Shown: positions 28,434 to 37,966 of the stretch, in pieces | Position numbering within the stretch: position 1 is the first letter of the stretch | Layout: the number at the start of each line of letters is the position of its first letter | NCBI GenBank assembly: GCA_963808355.1 | Contig: CAWEFL010000003.1 | Location: 112,153 to 176,152 of the forward strand | Source of the DNA: an uncultured Acidimicrobiaceae bacterium | GTDB taxonomy: Bacteria > Actinomycetota > Acidimicrobiia > Acidimicrobiales > RAAP-2 | DNA: 64,000 nt | Reading direction: 5' to 3' | Position numbers and translations under genes: made by a program | The notes under the pieces: model-generated | Seen by the model: the letters and a program-made list of their open reading frames with translations, nothing else | The model's database searches: none | What the model was told of the DNA's origin: nothing

Positions 28434-31301
28434 CTAGGAGCACCCGCTCGTCGTCCCGCAACTGCCGCACACGTAGCAGGACCCGGCTCGCTGCATGTGG
28501 TTGCCACAGTTGTAACAGAACGGCGCGTCACGCTGTTCGGCCCGGGCCAGGGGCCGGGGCGCCGATGCCGACGGCACGGCCGGTGACGCCCCCGCCGAGC
28601 CCGCGGCCCCGGGCGCGTCGTCCACCACGCCGACCGACGGCGTCGCCATCTCCTCCACGCCGGGCAGCGTCGGCTGCGTCCGCTCCTGGGTCGAGAGGAT
28701 GCCGAGTTCCAGACGCTCCGTGACCGAGAGGTAGTCGAGCGCCAGGCGGCGGAAGATGTAGTCCAGCAGGCTCGAGGCGATGCGCAACTCGGGGTCGTCG
28801 GTGATGCCGGCGGGCTCGAACTTCATGTTGGCGTACTTGGTCACGAACGTGGCCAGGGGCACTTGGTGCTGGAGGCCAAGGCTTATCGCAATGGAGAACG
28901 CGTCCATGATCCCGGCCAGCGTCGAGCCCTGCTTCGAGACCTTTATGAAGACCTCGCCGGGCCGGCCGTCCTCGTACTCGCCGACGGTCACATAGCCCTC
29001 GCAGTCGGCCACCCGTAACGAGAAGGTCTTGGAGTTGCGCTTGCGGGGCAGGCGCTCGCGCACCGCACCGACCACGACGGGATCGGCCCCCGGCCGGCTC
29101 CGCTCGTGCACCAGTGCCGCTTCGAGCTCCGCGATCCGCTCCGAGGCCACGCGGTCGCGTGCTTCGGCGTCCGAACCCGCGGGAGCTGCGTCGCCACCTT
29201 CGACCGCCGCCCCCTCCTTCTTGGTGGTCGAGAGGGGCTGGGCCACCTTGCAGTTGTCGCGGTAGATCGCGACCGCCTTCAAGCCGAGGCGCCAGGCGTC
29301 GACGTGCAGCTGCTCGACGTCCTCGACGGTCACCTCCTCCGGCATGTTGACGGTTTTCGAGATGGCCCCGCTGATGAACGGCTGCACCGCCCCCATCATC
29401 CGGATGTGGCCCGAGTAGTGGATGGTGTTGTCGCCCATGGAGCAGGCGAACACGGCCAGATGTTCGGGTGCCAGGTGCGGCGCCCCGACGATGGACATGT
29501 GCTCGTTGACGTAGGAAAGGATGTCCTCGGTCTGCTCGGGCCCGTAACCCAGCTTGGCCAGCGCACGCGGCACCGTCTGGTTGACGATCGACATCGTGCC
29601 GCCGCCCACGAGCTTCTTGGTCTTCACAAGTCCGAGGTCGGGCTCGACCCCGGTCGTGTCGCAGTCCATCAGCAAGCCGATGGTTCCGGTCGGCGCCAGC
29701 ACCGAGGCTTGTGAATTGCGCACCCCGAACATCTCGGCCATCTCGACGGCCGTGTCCCACGCCTCCTGGGCCGCCGACAGCAGCTCGGGCGGGACAACAT
29801 CCTCGTCAATGCGGGCCGCCTCCGCTTGGTGCATGCGCAACACGTTCAGCGTCGGCTCGCGGTTTTCGTGATAGCCGGCGAACGGTCCCATGCGCGCCAC
29901 GGTGCGCGCCGAGGTCGCGTACGCGTGACCCGTCAGCAGCGCAGTGATGGCGGCGGCCCAGGCCCGGCCGGCGTCGGAGTCGTAGGGCAGGCCCTCCGCC
30001 ATCAACAACGCACCGAGGTTGGCGTAGCCGATCCCGAGCTGACGGAAGGCCCGCGTCGTCTCCCCGATCTTCTCCGTCGGGTAGTCGGCGTTGCCGACGA
30101 TGATCTCCATCCCGGTGAAGACGACGGACACGGCCGCCTTGAACCCGTCCACATCGAACTCGTCGTTGCGGTCGAGGAACGTGAGCAGGTTCATCGACGC
30201 CAGGTTGCAGGCGCTGTTGTCGAGGTGCATGTACTCGGAGCACGGGTTGCTCCCGTTGATCCGCCCCGTTACCGGCGCCGTGTGCCAACGGTTGATGGTC
30301 GAGTCGTACTGCATGCCCGGGTCCGCGCACTCCCAGGCCGAGTGGGCGATCTGGCGGAAGAGGTCACGCGCCGGCACCGTCCGCACGACCGAGCGGTCGG
30401 TCCTCGCCACGAGGTCCCAGTCCCGCCCATCTATCACCGCCTCCATGAATTCGTCGGTCACCCGCACGGAGTTGTTGGCGTTCTGGTACTGGGTCGAGTG
30501 GCTGTCCGCTCCGTCAAGGTCCATGTCGAAGCCGGCGTCACGCAGCACCCGCGCCTTGCGCTCCTCGATCGCCTTGCACCAGATGAAGTCCTCCACGTCA
30601 GGGTGGTCGGCGTCGAGCATGACCATCTTGGCGGCGCGCCGGGTCTTCCCACCCGATTTGATCGTCCCCGCCGACGCGTCGGCGCCGCGCATGAAACTGA
30701 CCGGGCCAGACGCAGTGCCGCCGCCCTTCAACAGCTCCTGCGACGAGCGGATGCGCGACAGGTTGACACCGGCGCCCGAGCCACCCTTGAAGATGATGCC
30801 TTCCTCGACGTACCAGTTGAGGATGGAGTCCATGGTGTCCTCGACCGCGAGGATGAAGCATGCCGATCCCTGCTGCGGCACACCCTTCACGCCGATGTTG
30901 AACCACACCGGCGAGTTGAACGCCGCCTTCTGGTGGATGATGAGGTGCTTCAGCTCGTGGTTGAAGACGTGCGCCTCCTCGCCGTCGACGAAGTAGCCGT
31001 CCCGTATGCCCCACTCGGTCAGCGTGTCGGCGACCCGGTCGGCCACCTGCTTGAGCGACCATTCACGCTCGGGGGTGCCGAGTGGCCCGCGAAAGTACTT
31101 CTGCGCCAGGATGTTGGTGGCGTTGACGCTCCAGGACTGGGGCACCTCGACGCCGAGCTGCTCGAAGGCGACCGACCCGTCGCGGAAGTTGGTGATGCGA
31201 GCGTCTCGTCGATCCCAGCGCACCTCGTCGTAGGGGTGCACGCCTTCGGTCGTGAAGTGCCGACGGATGCCGATCTCGGATCGCTGGGGGGCGATGGCCA
31301 T
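28434..31301 (-). CDS. nrdJ: vitamin B12-dependent (class II) ribonucleotide reductase
   Basis: Intact. ATG 31301 (MAIAPQRSEIGIRRHFT...), long RNR barrel, and a C-terminal Cys-rich tail CYNCGNHMQRAGSCYVCGSCG. NrdR boxes lie upstream. Confidence 0.9.
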   Translation of the reverse strand: MAIAPQRSEIGIRRHFTTEGVHPYDEVRWDRRDARITNFRDGSVAFEQLGVEVPQSWSVNATNILAQKYFRGPLGTPEREWSLKQVADRVADTLTEWGIRDGYFVDGEEAHVFNHELKHLIIHQKAAFNSPVWFNIGVKGVPQQGSACFILAVEDTMDSILNWYVEEGIIFKGGSGAGVNLSRIRSSQELLKGGGTASGPVSFMRGADASAGTIKSGGKTRRAAKMVMLDADHPDVEDFIWCKAIEERKARVLRDAGFDMDLDGADSHSTQYQNANNSVRVTDEFMEAVIDGRDWDLVARTDRSVVRTVPARDLFRQIAHSAWECADPGMQYDSTINRWHTAPVTGRINGSNPCSEYMHLDNSACNLASMNLLTFLDRNDEFDVDGFKAAVSVVFTGMEIIVGNADYPTEKIGETTRAFRQLGIGYANLGALLMAEGLPYDSDAGRAWAAAITALLTGHAYATSARTVARMGPFAGYHENREPTLNVLRMHQAEAARIDEDVVPPELLSAAQEAWDTAVEMAEMFGVRNSQASVLAPTGTIGLLMDCDTTGVEPDLGLVKTKKLVGGGTMSIVNQTVPRALAKLGYGPEQTEDILSYVNEHMSIVGAPHLAPEHLAVFACSMGDNTIHYSGHIRMMGAVQPFISGAISKTVNMPEEVTVEDVEQLHVDAWRLGLKAVAIYRDNCKVAQPLSTTKKEGAAVEGGDAAPAGSDAEARDRVASERIAELEAALVHERSRPGADPVVVGAVRERLPRKRNSKTFSLRVADCEGYVTVGEYEDGRPGEVFIKVSKQGSTLAGIMDAFSIAISLGLQHQVPLATFVTKYANMKFEPAGITDDPELRIASSLLDYIFRRLALDYLSVTERLELGILSTQERTQPTLPGVEEMATPSVGVVDDAPGAAGSAGASPAVPSASAPRPLARAEQRDAPFCYNCGNHMQRAGSCYVCGSCGTTSGCS

Positions 31302-31470
31302 GACGCTGGGGTCCTCCTCGTGTCTCTGTTGCTGGGTCGCTGACGCTCTGCCTGACTGCACTGCCTCGACTGCCGGCGCCGACGGCGACGCCTCCCCCTG
31401 GTCCTAGCGGAGCGGTGTGTCCCCGGCACGATGAAACTCCGCGACCCGGGGCAAGGCAACGCTCGCCAAA

Positions 31471-31517
31471 CCACAATATATAGTGGTTTACCTTCCCTGA
31501 GACACGAGATGCTGTGG
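31471..31517 (-). promoter_or_regulatory. two tandem NrdR boxes upstream of nrdJ
   Basis: 16-bp near-palindromes CCACAATATATAGTGG (31471-31486) and ACACGAGATGCTGTGG (31502-31517) fit the NrdR-box pattern acaCwAtATaTwGtgt. Centres are 31 bp apart, about 3 helical turns. They lie 170-215 nt upstream of the nrdJ ATG. Confidence 0.6.
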
Positions 31518-31519
31518 TC

Positions 31520-31549
31520 ATTACAGCACTGTAGTTACGCCCTTGTCAA
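31520..31549 (-). promoter_or_regulatory. candidate sigma-70-type promoter for nrdJ (TTGACA-18-TGTAAT)
   Basis: On the minus strand, TTGACA is at 31549-31544 and TGTAAT at 31525-31520 with an 18-nt spacer. It sits immediately upstream of the NrdR boxes. Confidence 0.4.
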
Positions 31550-31661
31550 CGAAAAGGGCCTTCCGTCTTCGCAGGTCACGGGCCGTTCGCGATGGTTTGC
31601 GCGCCGGGGCCGGCGTTAGCGTCGGCCCCGGCGTGACCCTCACACCCCAGCCGCACCGCCC

Positions 31662-33242
31662 GTGACGGCCGACTCCCCCGTCGTCGTCGCCATCGATGCC
31701 GGCACCACCGGCGTCAGGGCCCTCGCCGTCGATGCCGGCGCCCGGGTCACCGACGTCGTGTACCGCGAGCTGACCCAGCACTTCCCCCGCCCGGGCTGGG
31801 TGGAGCACGACCCCGACGAGATCTGGGACGCCGTCCGATCCACCCTGGCCGAGCTGGCCGGCCGCCTCGCCGAGAAGAGCCCCGGCGCCACCGTCGCCGC
31901 CATCGGCATCACCAACCAGCGGGAGACCCTCGTGGCCTTCGACCGCTCCACCGGCCGCCCGCTCCACCGGGCCATCGTGTGGCAGGACCGCCGCACCGCC
32001 GACCTCTGCGCCGAGCTACGCAACGCCGGCCATCTTCCTCTCGTCCGTGCGCGCACCGGCCTCGTTCTCGATCCCTATTTCAGCGCCACCAAGGCGGCCT
32101 GGCTGCTCCGACACGGCGACCTCGCCCTCGCCCCCGACGACCCGAACCTCTCGTTCAGCACGGTCGACACCTGGGTGTTGCGGAACCTCACCGGGGGCGC
32201 CGTCTACGCCACCGAGCCCTCCAACGCCAGCCGCACTCTGCTCTTCGACACCGAAACGCTGGCTTGGGACCCCGAGCTGTGCGACCTCTTCGGCGTGCCG
32301 CTCCACTCCCTGCCCGAGGTGCGACCCTCCGCCGGCCGCTTCGGCACTGCTCACCTGCCCGAAGTCGGCCTCCTGCACGGCGTGCCCGTCTCGGCCATCC
32401 TCGGCGATCAGCAGGCCGCGCTCTTCGGCCAGGCCTGTTTCGACCCCGGCCTCGTGAAGGTCACCTACGGCACGGGCAGCTTCGCGCTGGCCAACGCCGG
32501 GGCCGACCGCCCGCCGGCGCCCGAGGGCCTGGTCGTCAGCTGCGCGTGGGACCTCGGCGTGCACGCCGACCCCGCCCGCGGCCGCGTCGCCTACGCGCTC
32601 GAGGGATCGACGTTCGTCTCCGGCGCGGCCATCCAGTGGTTACGCGACGGGCTGGGCATCATTCATGCGGCGAGCGACGTCGGTCCGCTCGCGTCCTCCG
32701 TGCCCGACAGCGGCGGCGTCACCTTCGTCCCCGCGCTGACCGGCCTCGGCAGCCCGTGGTGGGACCCTGCCGCGCGCGGCATCATCACGGGCCTTACGCG
32801 CGGCGCCGGTCGCGCCCAGCTCGCGCGCGCCTGCGTCGAGGCGATGGCGTTCCAGGTGCGAGACATGACCGACGCCATGTCCGCCGCCATGTCCCCAGCC
32901 GCCTCCGGACCTACGCCCCAGCCTTTGGAGACCACCGCCCCGCGACCACGCGTCTCCGCGCTGCGGGCCGACGGGGGTGCGGCTGCCATGGACCTCCTCC
33001 TCGAGTTGCAGGCCGAACAGAGCCGCCTGCCCGTGGCCCGCCCGCGCTCGCTGGAGTCGACCGCGCTCGGGGCGGCCACCATGGCCGGCCTCGCCGAGGG
33101 AGTCTGGTCCTCCCTCCCCCAGCTGGCCGCGCTCTGGCAGGCCGAGACCGTCTTCCAGCCTCAGCTCCCGGCCGAGCGGGCCGACGCCTCCTACGCCCTC
33201 TGGCGCCGGACGGCCGAAAAGTCCAGGAAATGGGCCACCTAG
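31662..33242 (+). CDS. glpK: glycerol kinase (FGGY family)
   Basis: Intact 526 aa with VVAIDAGTTGVRA, GWVEHDPDEIW, ITNQRETLV, YGTGSF. Confidence 0.9.
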   Translation: MTADSPVVVAIDAGTTGVRALAVDAGARVTDVVYRELTQHFPRPGWVEHDPDEIWDAVRSTLAELAGRLAEKSPGATVAAIGITNQRETLVAFDRSTGRPLHRAIVWQDRRTADLCAELRNAGHLPLVRARTGLVLDPYFSATKAAWLLRHGDLALAPDDPNLSFSTVDTWVLRNLTGGAVYATEPSNASRTLLFDTETLAWDPELCDLFGVPLHSLPEVRPSAGRFGTAHLPEVGLLHGVPVSAILGDQQAALFGQACFDPGLVKVTYGTGSFALANAGADRPPAPEGLVVSCAWDLGVHADPARGRVAYALEGSTFVSGAAIQWLRDGLGIIHAASDVGPLASSVPDSGGVTFVPALTGLGSPWWDPAARGIITGLTRGAGRAQLARACVEAMAFQVRDMTDAMSAAMSPAASGPTPQPLETTAPRPRVSALRADGGAAAMDLLLELQAEQSRLPVARPRSLESTALGAATMAGLAEGVWSSLPQLAALWQAETVFQPQLPAERADASYALWRRTAEKSRKWAT

Positions 33243-33332
33243 GGGGATTCTCCCCGGAGCCAGAAATAAAGCAAGTAAATCCTTGTTATATTGACGCGAG
33301 GGCGAACCCGTCGTCCGGAAAGGGTGGGCGCC

Positions 33333-34070
33333 ATGAGCGTGGCAATCGTGACTGGGGCATCCCGGGGACTCGGGGAGGCACTGGCGACCGGGTTGGCCCG
33401 AGCCGGCTGGTCGGTCGTGACGGACGGACGCGACGGCCACGCACTGGAGCAAGCTGCCGCCCGCATACGACGCGTCGCCGCTGACAGCGCCCGCATCACG
33501 GCCGTGCCGGGCGACGTGACCGATCCCGACCACCGGCACGATCTGACCGGGGCGGCGCTCGAACTGGGCGGGCTCGATCTGCTGGTGAACAACGCCGGCA
33601 CGCTCGGGGCCGCACCCCTGCCCCCACTGGGTGACTACCCGCTGCAGGACCTGCGCGTCGCCTTCGAGGTGAACGTCGTCGCCCCGCTCGGTCTCATTCA
33701 AGACGCGTTGCCTCTGCTGTTGGAGTCGCCACACCCCCGCGTGATCGACGTCACGTCGGACGCCGGAGTCGAGGCGTACGAGGGCTGGGGCGGGTACGGC
33801 GCCGGAAAGGCCGCCCTCGAGCGCTTGGGTGCCGTCCTCGCGGTCGAGCAGCCGGATCTGACAGTCTGGTCGGTCGACCCGGGTGACCTGCGCACGGCCA
33901 TGCACCAGGCTGCGTTCCCGGGTGAGGACATCTCCGACCGGCCCGAGCCGGACACCGTGGTGCCTGCCTTCCTCGAGCTGATCGGCAGCACGCGTCCCAG
34001 CGGCCGCTACCGCGCCGCCGACCTCACGCCGGCGGAAAGGGCCGCGAGCACGGCGGGAGCGGTGGCGTGA
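33333..34070 (+). CDS. SDR family oxidoreductase
   Basis: MSVAIVTGASRGLGEALA, NNAG, YGAGKAAL. ATG 33333 is preferred over the upstream alternative start. Confidence 0.8.
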   Translation: MSVAIVTGASRGLGEALATGLARAGWSVVTDGRDGHALEQAAARIRRVAADSARITAVPGDVTDPDHRHDLTGAALELGGLDLLVNNAGTLGAAPLPPLGDYPLQDLRVAFEVNVVAPLGLIQDALPLLLESPHPRVIDVTSDAGVEAYEGWGGYGAGKAALERLGAVLAVEQPDLTVWSVDPGDLRTAMHQAAFPGEDISDRPEPDTVVPAFLELIGSTRPSGRYRAADLTPAERAASTAGAVA

Positions 34071-35211
34071 CCCCGCCGGCCGCCACCGCCACCGTCCCGG
34101 CGACCGTGCCCGGTCCCGCGCCGGCCAGGGCCCACCTGCTCGGGCTGGACACGAAACGCCAACTGCCGGAGCTGCAGCCGCTCTCCTTCACGCTGCCGCC
34201 GGAGCTCGAAGCGCCGTCGCCACCCGAGGCCCGCGGCATGACCCGCGACGCCGTTCGCATGATGGTGGCCTTCCGGCACGACGGTTCCATCGTCCACTCG
34301 CACTTCTCCGAGCTGCCGCGTTTCCTCGACGAAGGCGACCTCGTCGTCCTGAATACGTCCGGCACGTTGGCCGCCGAACTGGACGGCCAGGGCCCCGACG
34401 GCGCCGCGCTCCAGGTCCACCTCTCCACGCAACTGCCCGCCGGCCTCTGGACCGTCGAGGTGCGGCGGGACGGCCAGGCCGACCTGACGCAGACGGCGGG
34501 GACACCCATCGGCCTCGCCGGCGGAGGCACCGTCTGCTCTGTTGGCGCCCTACTCCCCCGGTCCCGGTGACGCCGGCGTCCGCCTGTGGGTCAGCCGCAT
34601 CGACACGCCCGAACCGCTGCTCAGGTACCTCACCCGCTACGGGCGGCCGATCCGTTACGGACTACGTGCGCGGCAGCTATCCGATCTCGGCCTACCAGAA
34701 CGTCTACGTCACCGAGCCCGGGTCGGCGGAGATGCCCAGCGCCGGCCGACCCTTCACGCCCGAGGTCCTCACCCGACTGGTCGCCAAGGGCGTCGGCGTC
34801 GCGCCCCTGCTGTTGCACACCGGCGTGGCGTCCCTCGAGGCGAGCGAGCCACCCTACGCCGAGTACTTCCGTGTCTCACTGCCCACCGCGCACCGGATCA
34901 ACGACACCCGGCGCTCCGGGGGGAGGGTGATCGCCATCGGGACCACGGTGGTGCGGGCGCTGGAGTCCGTCGTGGACGAGCACGGGCACGTGCACCCGAG
35001 CGAGGGTTGGACCGAGACGGTCGTCTCACCGGAGCGTCCCGTCCGGTCCATCGACGGCTTCCTCACCGGCTGGCACGAACCGGAGGCCTCCCACCTCGCC
35101 ATGCTCGAGGCCATCGCCGGCCGCCCGCTGCTCGAGGCCTCGTACGCCGAAGCCCTCGCCGAGGGCTACCTGTGGCACGAGTTCGGCGACGTTCATCTGA
35201 TCCTCCCGTGA
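34067..35211 (+). pseudogene. queA: S-adenosylmethionine:tRNA ribosyltransferase-isomerase, two frameshifts
   Basis: The GTG overlaps the SDR stop (GTGA). ...FSELPRFLDEGDLVVLNTS..., then RLWVSRIDTPEPLLRYLTRYGRPIRY, then YVRGSYPISAYQNVYVTEPGSAEMPSAGRPFT...LLLHTGV...GGRVIAIGTTVVRALES. Switches are near 34535 and 34655. Confidence 0.75.
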
Positions 35212-35225
35212 GCCGAGGTGTTGCC

Positions 35226-35897
35226 GTGACGCCCGAACCCTCGGGGGCCGAGTCGCCGGTCGAGCAGCTGCCGACGACGCGGCGCGCCATCATGAATCTG
35301 CTCAAGCGCCAGGGCCCGCTCGACACCTCCGACGTCGCCCGGGCGCTCTCACTGACCCCGGCCGCCGTACGCCAACAGTTGTCGCGGCTGGAGGAGGACG
35401 GACTGCTCACACACGAGGACGCCGTACGCGAGGGTCCCCGGCGGGGCCGGCCCCGGCACGTGTACTCCCTGACTCCCGCCGCCGAAGCGCTCTACCCCAA
35501 GCGCTACGGCGACCTCACGACCGAACTCCTCGGGTACCTGGGCGGGCCCGGGGGGGCCCAGGTCGACGACCTCTTCGAGCAGCGGCGGCGGCGGAGGGTG
35601 GCCGACGCACTCCCCCGCACCGAAGGGCTGCCCTTCGACGAACAGGTCGCCGCACTGACAGCGATCCTCGACGAGGACGGCTACCTGGCCGACGCAGAGC
35701 GCCTGCCCGACGGCAGCTGGCGCATCACCGAGCACAACTGCGCGATCCTCACGGTCGCCCACGGGTTCTCACAGGCCTGCACGAGCGAGCTCTCCTTCAT
35801 CCGCGAGGCGCTCCCCGGCGCGAGGGTGCGCCGGGTGGCGCACATCATGGACGGCGCACACGTGTGCGCCTACGTCGTCAGCCCGCCGTCTTCGTAG
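35226..35897 (+). CDS. winged-helix transcriptional regulator (SufR/ArsR-like) with C-terminal Cys residues
   Basis: HTH region TRRAIMNLLKRQGPLDTSDVARALSLTPAAVRQQLSRLEEDGLL. C-terminal EHNCAILTVAHGFSQAC...HVCAY. Intact. Confidence 0.6.
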   Translation: MTPEPSGAESPVEQLPTTRRAIMNLLKRQGPLDTSDVARALSLTPAAVRQQLSRLEEDGLLTHEDAVREGPRRGRPRHVYSLTPAAEALYPKRYGDLTTELLGYLGGPGGAQVDDLFEQRRRRRVADALPRTEGLPFDEQVAALTAILDEDGYLADAERLPDGSWRITEHNCAILTVAHGFSQACTSELSFIREALPGARVRRVAHIMDGAHVCAYVVSPPSS

Positions 35898-36138
35898 AGT
35901 CCACGGCGCGGATCTCCAGGACGGAGACACCGTCGACCTCGTGGATCTCGTTGCGCAGCAACTCGATCAGATGGTCGCCGCCGATCTCAATGACGAATTC
36001 GTCGATCGCCTGGCCCCCGTCACGATCGAGGATGTTGATGGCCACGATGTCGCCGCCCACGGCGCCGATGCGACTCGCCACCAGCCCGAGGGCTCCGGGC
36101 CGGTCCGGCAGCTCGATCCTCACGACGTAGCCGGCCAT
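35878..36138 (-). CDS. ACT-domain protein
   Basis: 86 aa. YVVRIELPDRPGALGLVASRIGAVGGDIVAINIL is a typical ACT beta-alpha-beta start. Confidence 0.7.
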   Translation of the reverse strand: MAGYVVRIELPDRPGALGLVASRIGAVGGDIVAINILDRDGGQAIDEFVIEIGGDHLIELLRNEIHEVDGVSVLEIRAVDSTKTAG

Positions 36139-36268
36139 CAGGCTGCACGTTAGGTGGTCAATGTGAACAGCCTGTTTCGAAACGGCCTGGACTGCGGTTT
36201 TTTCTCTTTCCGCTCCAGGTCTCTGAGACGCACGTCGACGGCTCAGATCGAGGGCTCGGAGGACGGGC

Positions 36269-37041
36269 TCAGGCTGCGGCCTTCGAGCGTGACGGCACGT
36301 ACTCGTCGACGTACTCGCGTTCGGACAGCCGCGCGATCTCGTGCATCAGACGGTCGGTGAAAGCTCGGCACTGGGTATGGTCATGGTTCTCCAGCGGGTG
36401 GACGGGATCCTCTGGGGGGTCCATCCGCATGGGCTTGCCGAAGCGGATCGTGACGGTCTTGAACGGCCGCATCATGGTGGAGTTGACGGGCTGCACGTCG
36501 ACGGTACCGACGACGCCGACCGGGATGACGGGCACGCCGCACTCCCGGGACAGACGGGTGACGCCTGTCCGCCCCTTGTGCACGTACTCGTCGAGCGTCC
36601 GGGTGCCCTCGGGGTAGAGGCCCAGCAACTTCCCTCGGCCCAACACGTCGTTGCGGGCTGTCTCGAGGGCGCGTTCGGATGCGCTTCCACCCGTGCGCCG
36701 GATGGGGATCTGGCCAGCGGCCCGGAAGAACCAGGCCGTCTTCCAGGAGTCGAAGTACTCCGCCTTGGCCAGGAACGTGACCTTGCGGGTCACGACGAGC
36801 GGGATGAAGAAGGAGTCGCAGAAGGACTGGTGGTTGGCCGCCAGGACGGCGGGGCCGCTTTGGGGATGTTCTCCCGCCCTTCGACCTTCACCCGCCAGAG
36901 CAAGAAGAAGATCGGCGTCAAGATCGCCTTCAGCACCCAGTACGCCACGGGCCCAAGGTACCCCGCCCCGTCGGCCCCCGCGCCCGTCGGCGGGCTGTGC
37001 TCAACTGCGGATCCACCGCCATCGCTCTTCGAGAGGAGCAC
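36269..37041 (-). pseudogene. 1-acyl-sn-glycerol-3-phosphate acyltransferase (PlsC family), one frameshift
   Basis: ...WRVKVEGRENIPK, then after a switch near 36865, SGPAVLAANHQSFCDSFF (HX4D) ...LYPEGTRT...PVIPVGV. The start is uncertain. Confidence 0.75.
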
Positions 37042-37042
37042 C

Positions 37043-37922
37043 GTGACCGAGACCCTGACCGCCGAGCCCTTCGTCTCCGGCCTCTACTTCGGGGAGTGCC
37101 CGCGCTGGCACGATGGGCGCCTGTGGTACTCGGACTTCTTCGACCACGGCGTGTTCTCGGTCTCGCCCGATGGCGCAGCGGCGGACCGAGGTCGCGTTCG
37201 AGTGGGAGTCGGCCGGGATCGGATGGCTGCCCGACGGCCGTCTCCTGATCGTGAACCGGCTCGAGCGGACGATCGTGCGCAGAGAGCCCGACGGTGCGCT
37301 GGTCCACCACGGTGATCTCCGACCGTGGGCGACCTGGCACGCCAACGACATGGTGGTGGCGTCGGACGGACAGGCCTATGTGGGCAACTTCGGGTTCGAC
37401 CTCGACGGGCTCTACGACGGGACCACGCCGGCCAGCGCGATCGCCCCGGCCTCCGTCATCCGGGTCGACCCTGACGGCACGAGCAGCGAGGCCGCGGTCG
37501 GGGTCAACTTCCCCAACGGCATGGTGGTGACCGAGGACGGCGGCACCCTCATCGTCGCCGAGAGCCTGGGCGGCAGCCTCAAGGCTTTCGACCGCGCGTC
37601 CGACGGCACGCTGTCGAACGAACGGCGAGTGGGCGGCGACCCCGGGGTCGCGCCGGACGGCATCTGCCTCTGCGCGGACAACACGGTCTGGGTGGCCAAC
37701 GCGCTCGGCGCCGGAGTGCGTCCGGGTGGGCGAGGGCGGCGAGATCCTCGAGCGCGTGGCGACGTCGATCGAACTGCTACGCCTGCATGCTGGGTGATGA
37801 CGACCGCCGCACCCTCTACCTCGTCACCGCGCCCACGAGCGACGCGGCCAAGGCCCGTCTCGCCCGCGACGGCAGCGCTCGAGAAGGTGCGCACCACCGT
37901 GCCGGGAGCCGGCCTCCCCTGA
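37043..37922 (+). pseudogene. SMP-30/gluconolactonase/LRE-like family protein, about four frameshifts
   Basis: The GTG 37043 start is inferred. VTETLTAEPFVSGLYFGECPRWHDGRLWYSDF..., GIGWLPDGRLLIV, NDMVVASDGQAYVGNFGFD, FPNGMVVTEDGGTLIVAES, APDGICLCADNTVWVANALG, RTLYLVTAP are read in alternating frames. Confidence 0.7.
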
Positions 37923-37966
37923 ACCCCCGGCGTGGCACGCCGCACGACGCCGGGCGGCCTCCCTCC

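Noticed and set aside
31302-31470. Possible riboswitch (for example cobalamin) in the approximately 170-nt nrdJ leader.
   Set aside because: I could not recognise a B12-box or any other conserved riboswitch core by eye. A covariance-model scan would be needed, so I make no claim.
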